A DNA stretch of 64,000 nucleotides from Macrostomum lignano (Eukaryota), in contig NIVC01002013.1 of NCBI GenBank assembly GCA_002269645.1, positions 124,001-188,000 of the forward strand, in the 5' to 3' direction. Within the stretch, counting starts at the first letter, position 1; each line of letters starts with the position of its first letter. Positions 63,173 through 64,000 of the stretch are shown here, one piece after another. Both the position numbers and the translations under genes were made by a program. The notes beneath the pieces were generated by a model that was not told the DNA's origin, searched no databases, and worked only from the letters and a program-made list of their open reading frames with translations.

Positions 63173-63626
63173 TTGGCCATAGACAATTTTGGATTTCATT
63201 ATTTCTTTGTCTTGTGTGCTGGTGTGCTAATGTGGGGGCTCCGCTACGCGCCTCAGCGTTATAGCTCATTTCTGCCCTCTGCAGCCCATCAATATTGGTA
63301 TCAATATGAGACCGGGAGTGAACGTAATTTATTTGCTTTTTGGCAGTCACCATACAAACAGCTAAGGAGAAATTAGGCAATAAACCAGAAGCAGAATAGC
63401 ATATCGAAATGTTTAGTCCATCACTGAAGTCAGCCTGGCGGACTGCGGCAGGAATCGATGGTGCCATCACAGTGAAATCCAAGGGGTCAGATGCAACCCA
63501 AGGGGTGAAGAAGGAGAGCTGGCTGAGGGTCAGAGGGTTAGAGCGATATCTGAAGGCTTTCACACTCAGTCTCATATTGAGCGTCTTATTCTCATTTTGA
63601 TATTCCATTTTTTAGTCTATGGCCAA
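63173..63626. mobile_element. Inverted-repeat-bounded element of unknown class, without TSD
   Basis: TTGGCCATAGAC versus GTCTATGGCCAA (perfect 12 bp). Confidence 0.45.
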
Positions 63627-64000
63627 GCCATTCCTGCAGCCAAGACTGGGCATGATCTGGCCGTGGCTAGCCTGGCCTTGCTTGCGATCCTATGCAGTCT
63701 TATTTTGAATGTCTAAAGTCTTATCTAGAGCGTCAAAAGCGATATATTAGGTTCACAACATTTTAGCCAGTCAGTCACATAGTTTGTGCCACAGACTAAC
63801 TGTACTGGATATTGATGCGTCTTCGGCTTTCTGTAGGCTTCGCCTCGGCCTGAGAAATGCATCCTCGGACTTCCTTTTCCATAGCCACACTAGGAAAAGG
63901 ATGAGAATGTATACATGGCAACAACCGAGATTTCTTTGAACTTGGAGCTCGCTTGCATTTACAAGAAAAAAGTCTAGATAAACTTGCAATGCGGCAGGTG

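Overview
Animal genomic DNA, not prokaryotic: GC-rich spliced exons with Ala/Gln runs sit among about 25 micro- and minisatellite arrays and many DNA transposon remnants. The style suggests a free-living flatworm such as Macrostomum; this is an inference. Host genes rebuilt by hand from splice sites and reading phase: a Gln-rich gene running off the left edge (-), two intronless rhodopsin-class orphan GPCRs (-), gamma-butyrobetaine dioxygenase BBOX1 (+, at least 6 exons, one GC-AG intron), an unknown single-pass membrane protein (-), HTRA2 (+, 3 exons), MESD (+, no ATG of its own), a CXorf65/C22orf15-family gene (-, 4 exons) and a two-exon secreted Cys-rich prepropeptide (+). Mobile DNA: a deleted THAP/P element with TIRs and 8-bp TSD, hAT-like MITEs, a Merlin-like element nested in one of them, a mariner relic, a Tc1 fragment, three tRNA-derived SINEs and two Crypton-type tyrosine recombinase elements. 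Top leads: (1) a Crypton inserted at TGTA in an intronic satellite, carrying a loxP-like 13-6-13 palindrome and sharing an end motif with a second relic; (2) MESD apparently needing the spliced-leader AUG as its start codon; (3) the CC-CC / CxCC-CCxxC peptide precursor; (4) satellites made of splice-site motifs next to real splice sites. All coordinates were counted by hand; repeat edges are approximate.
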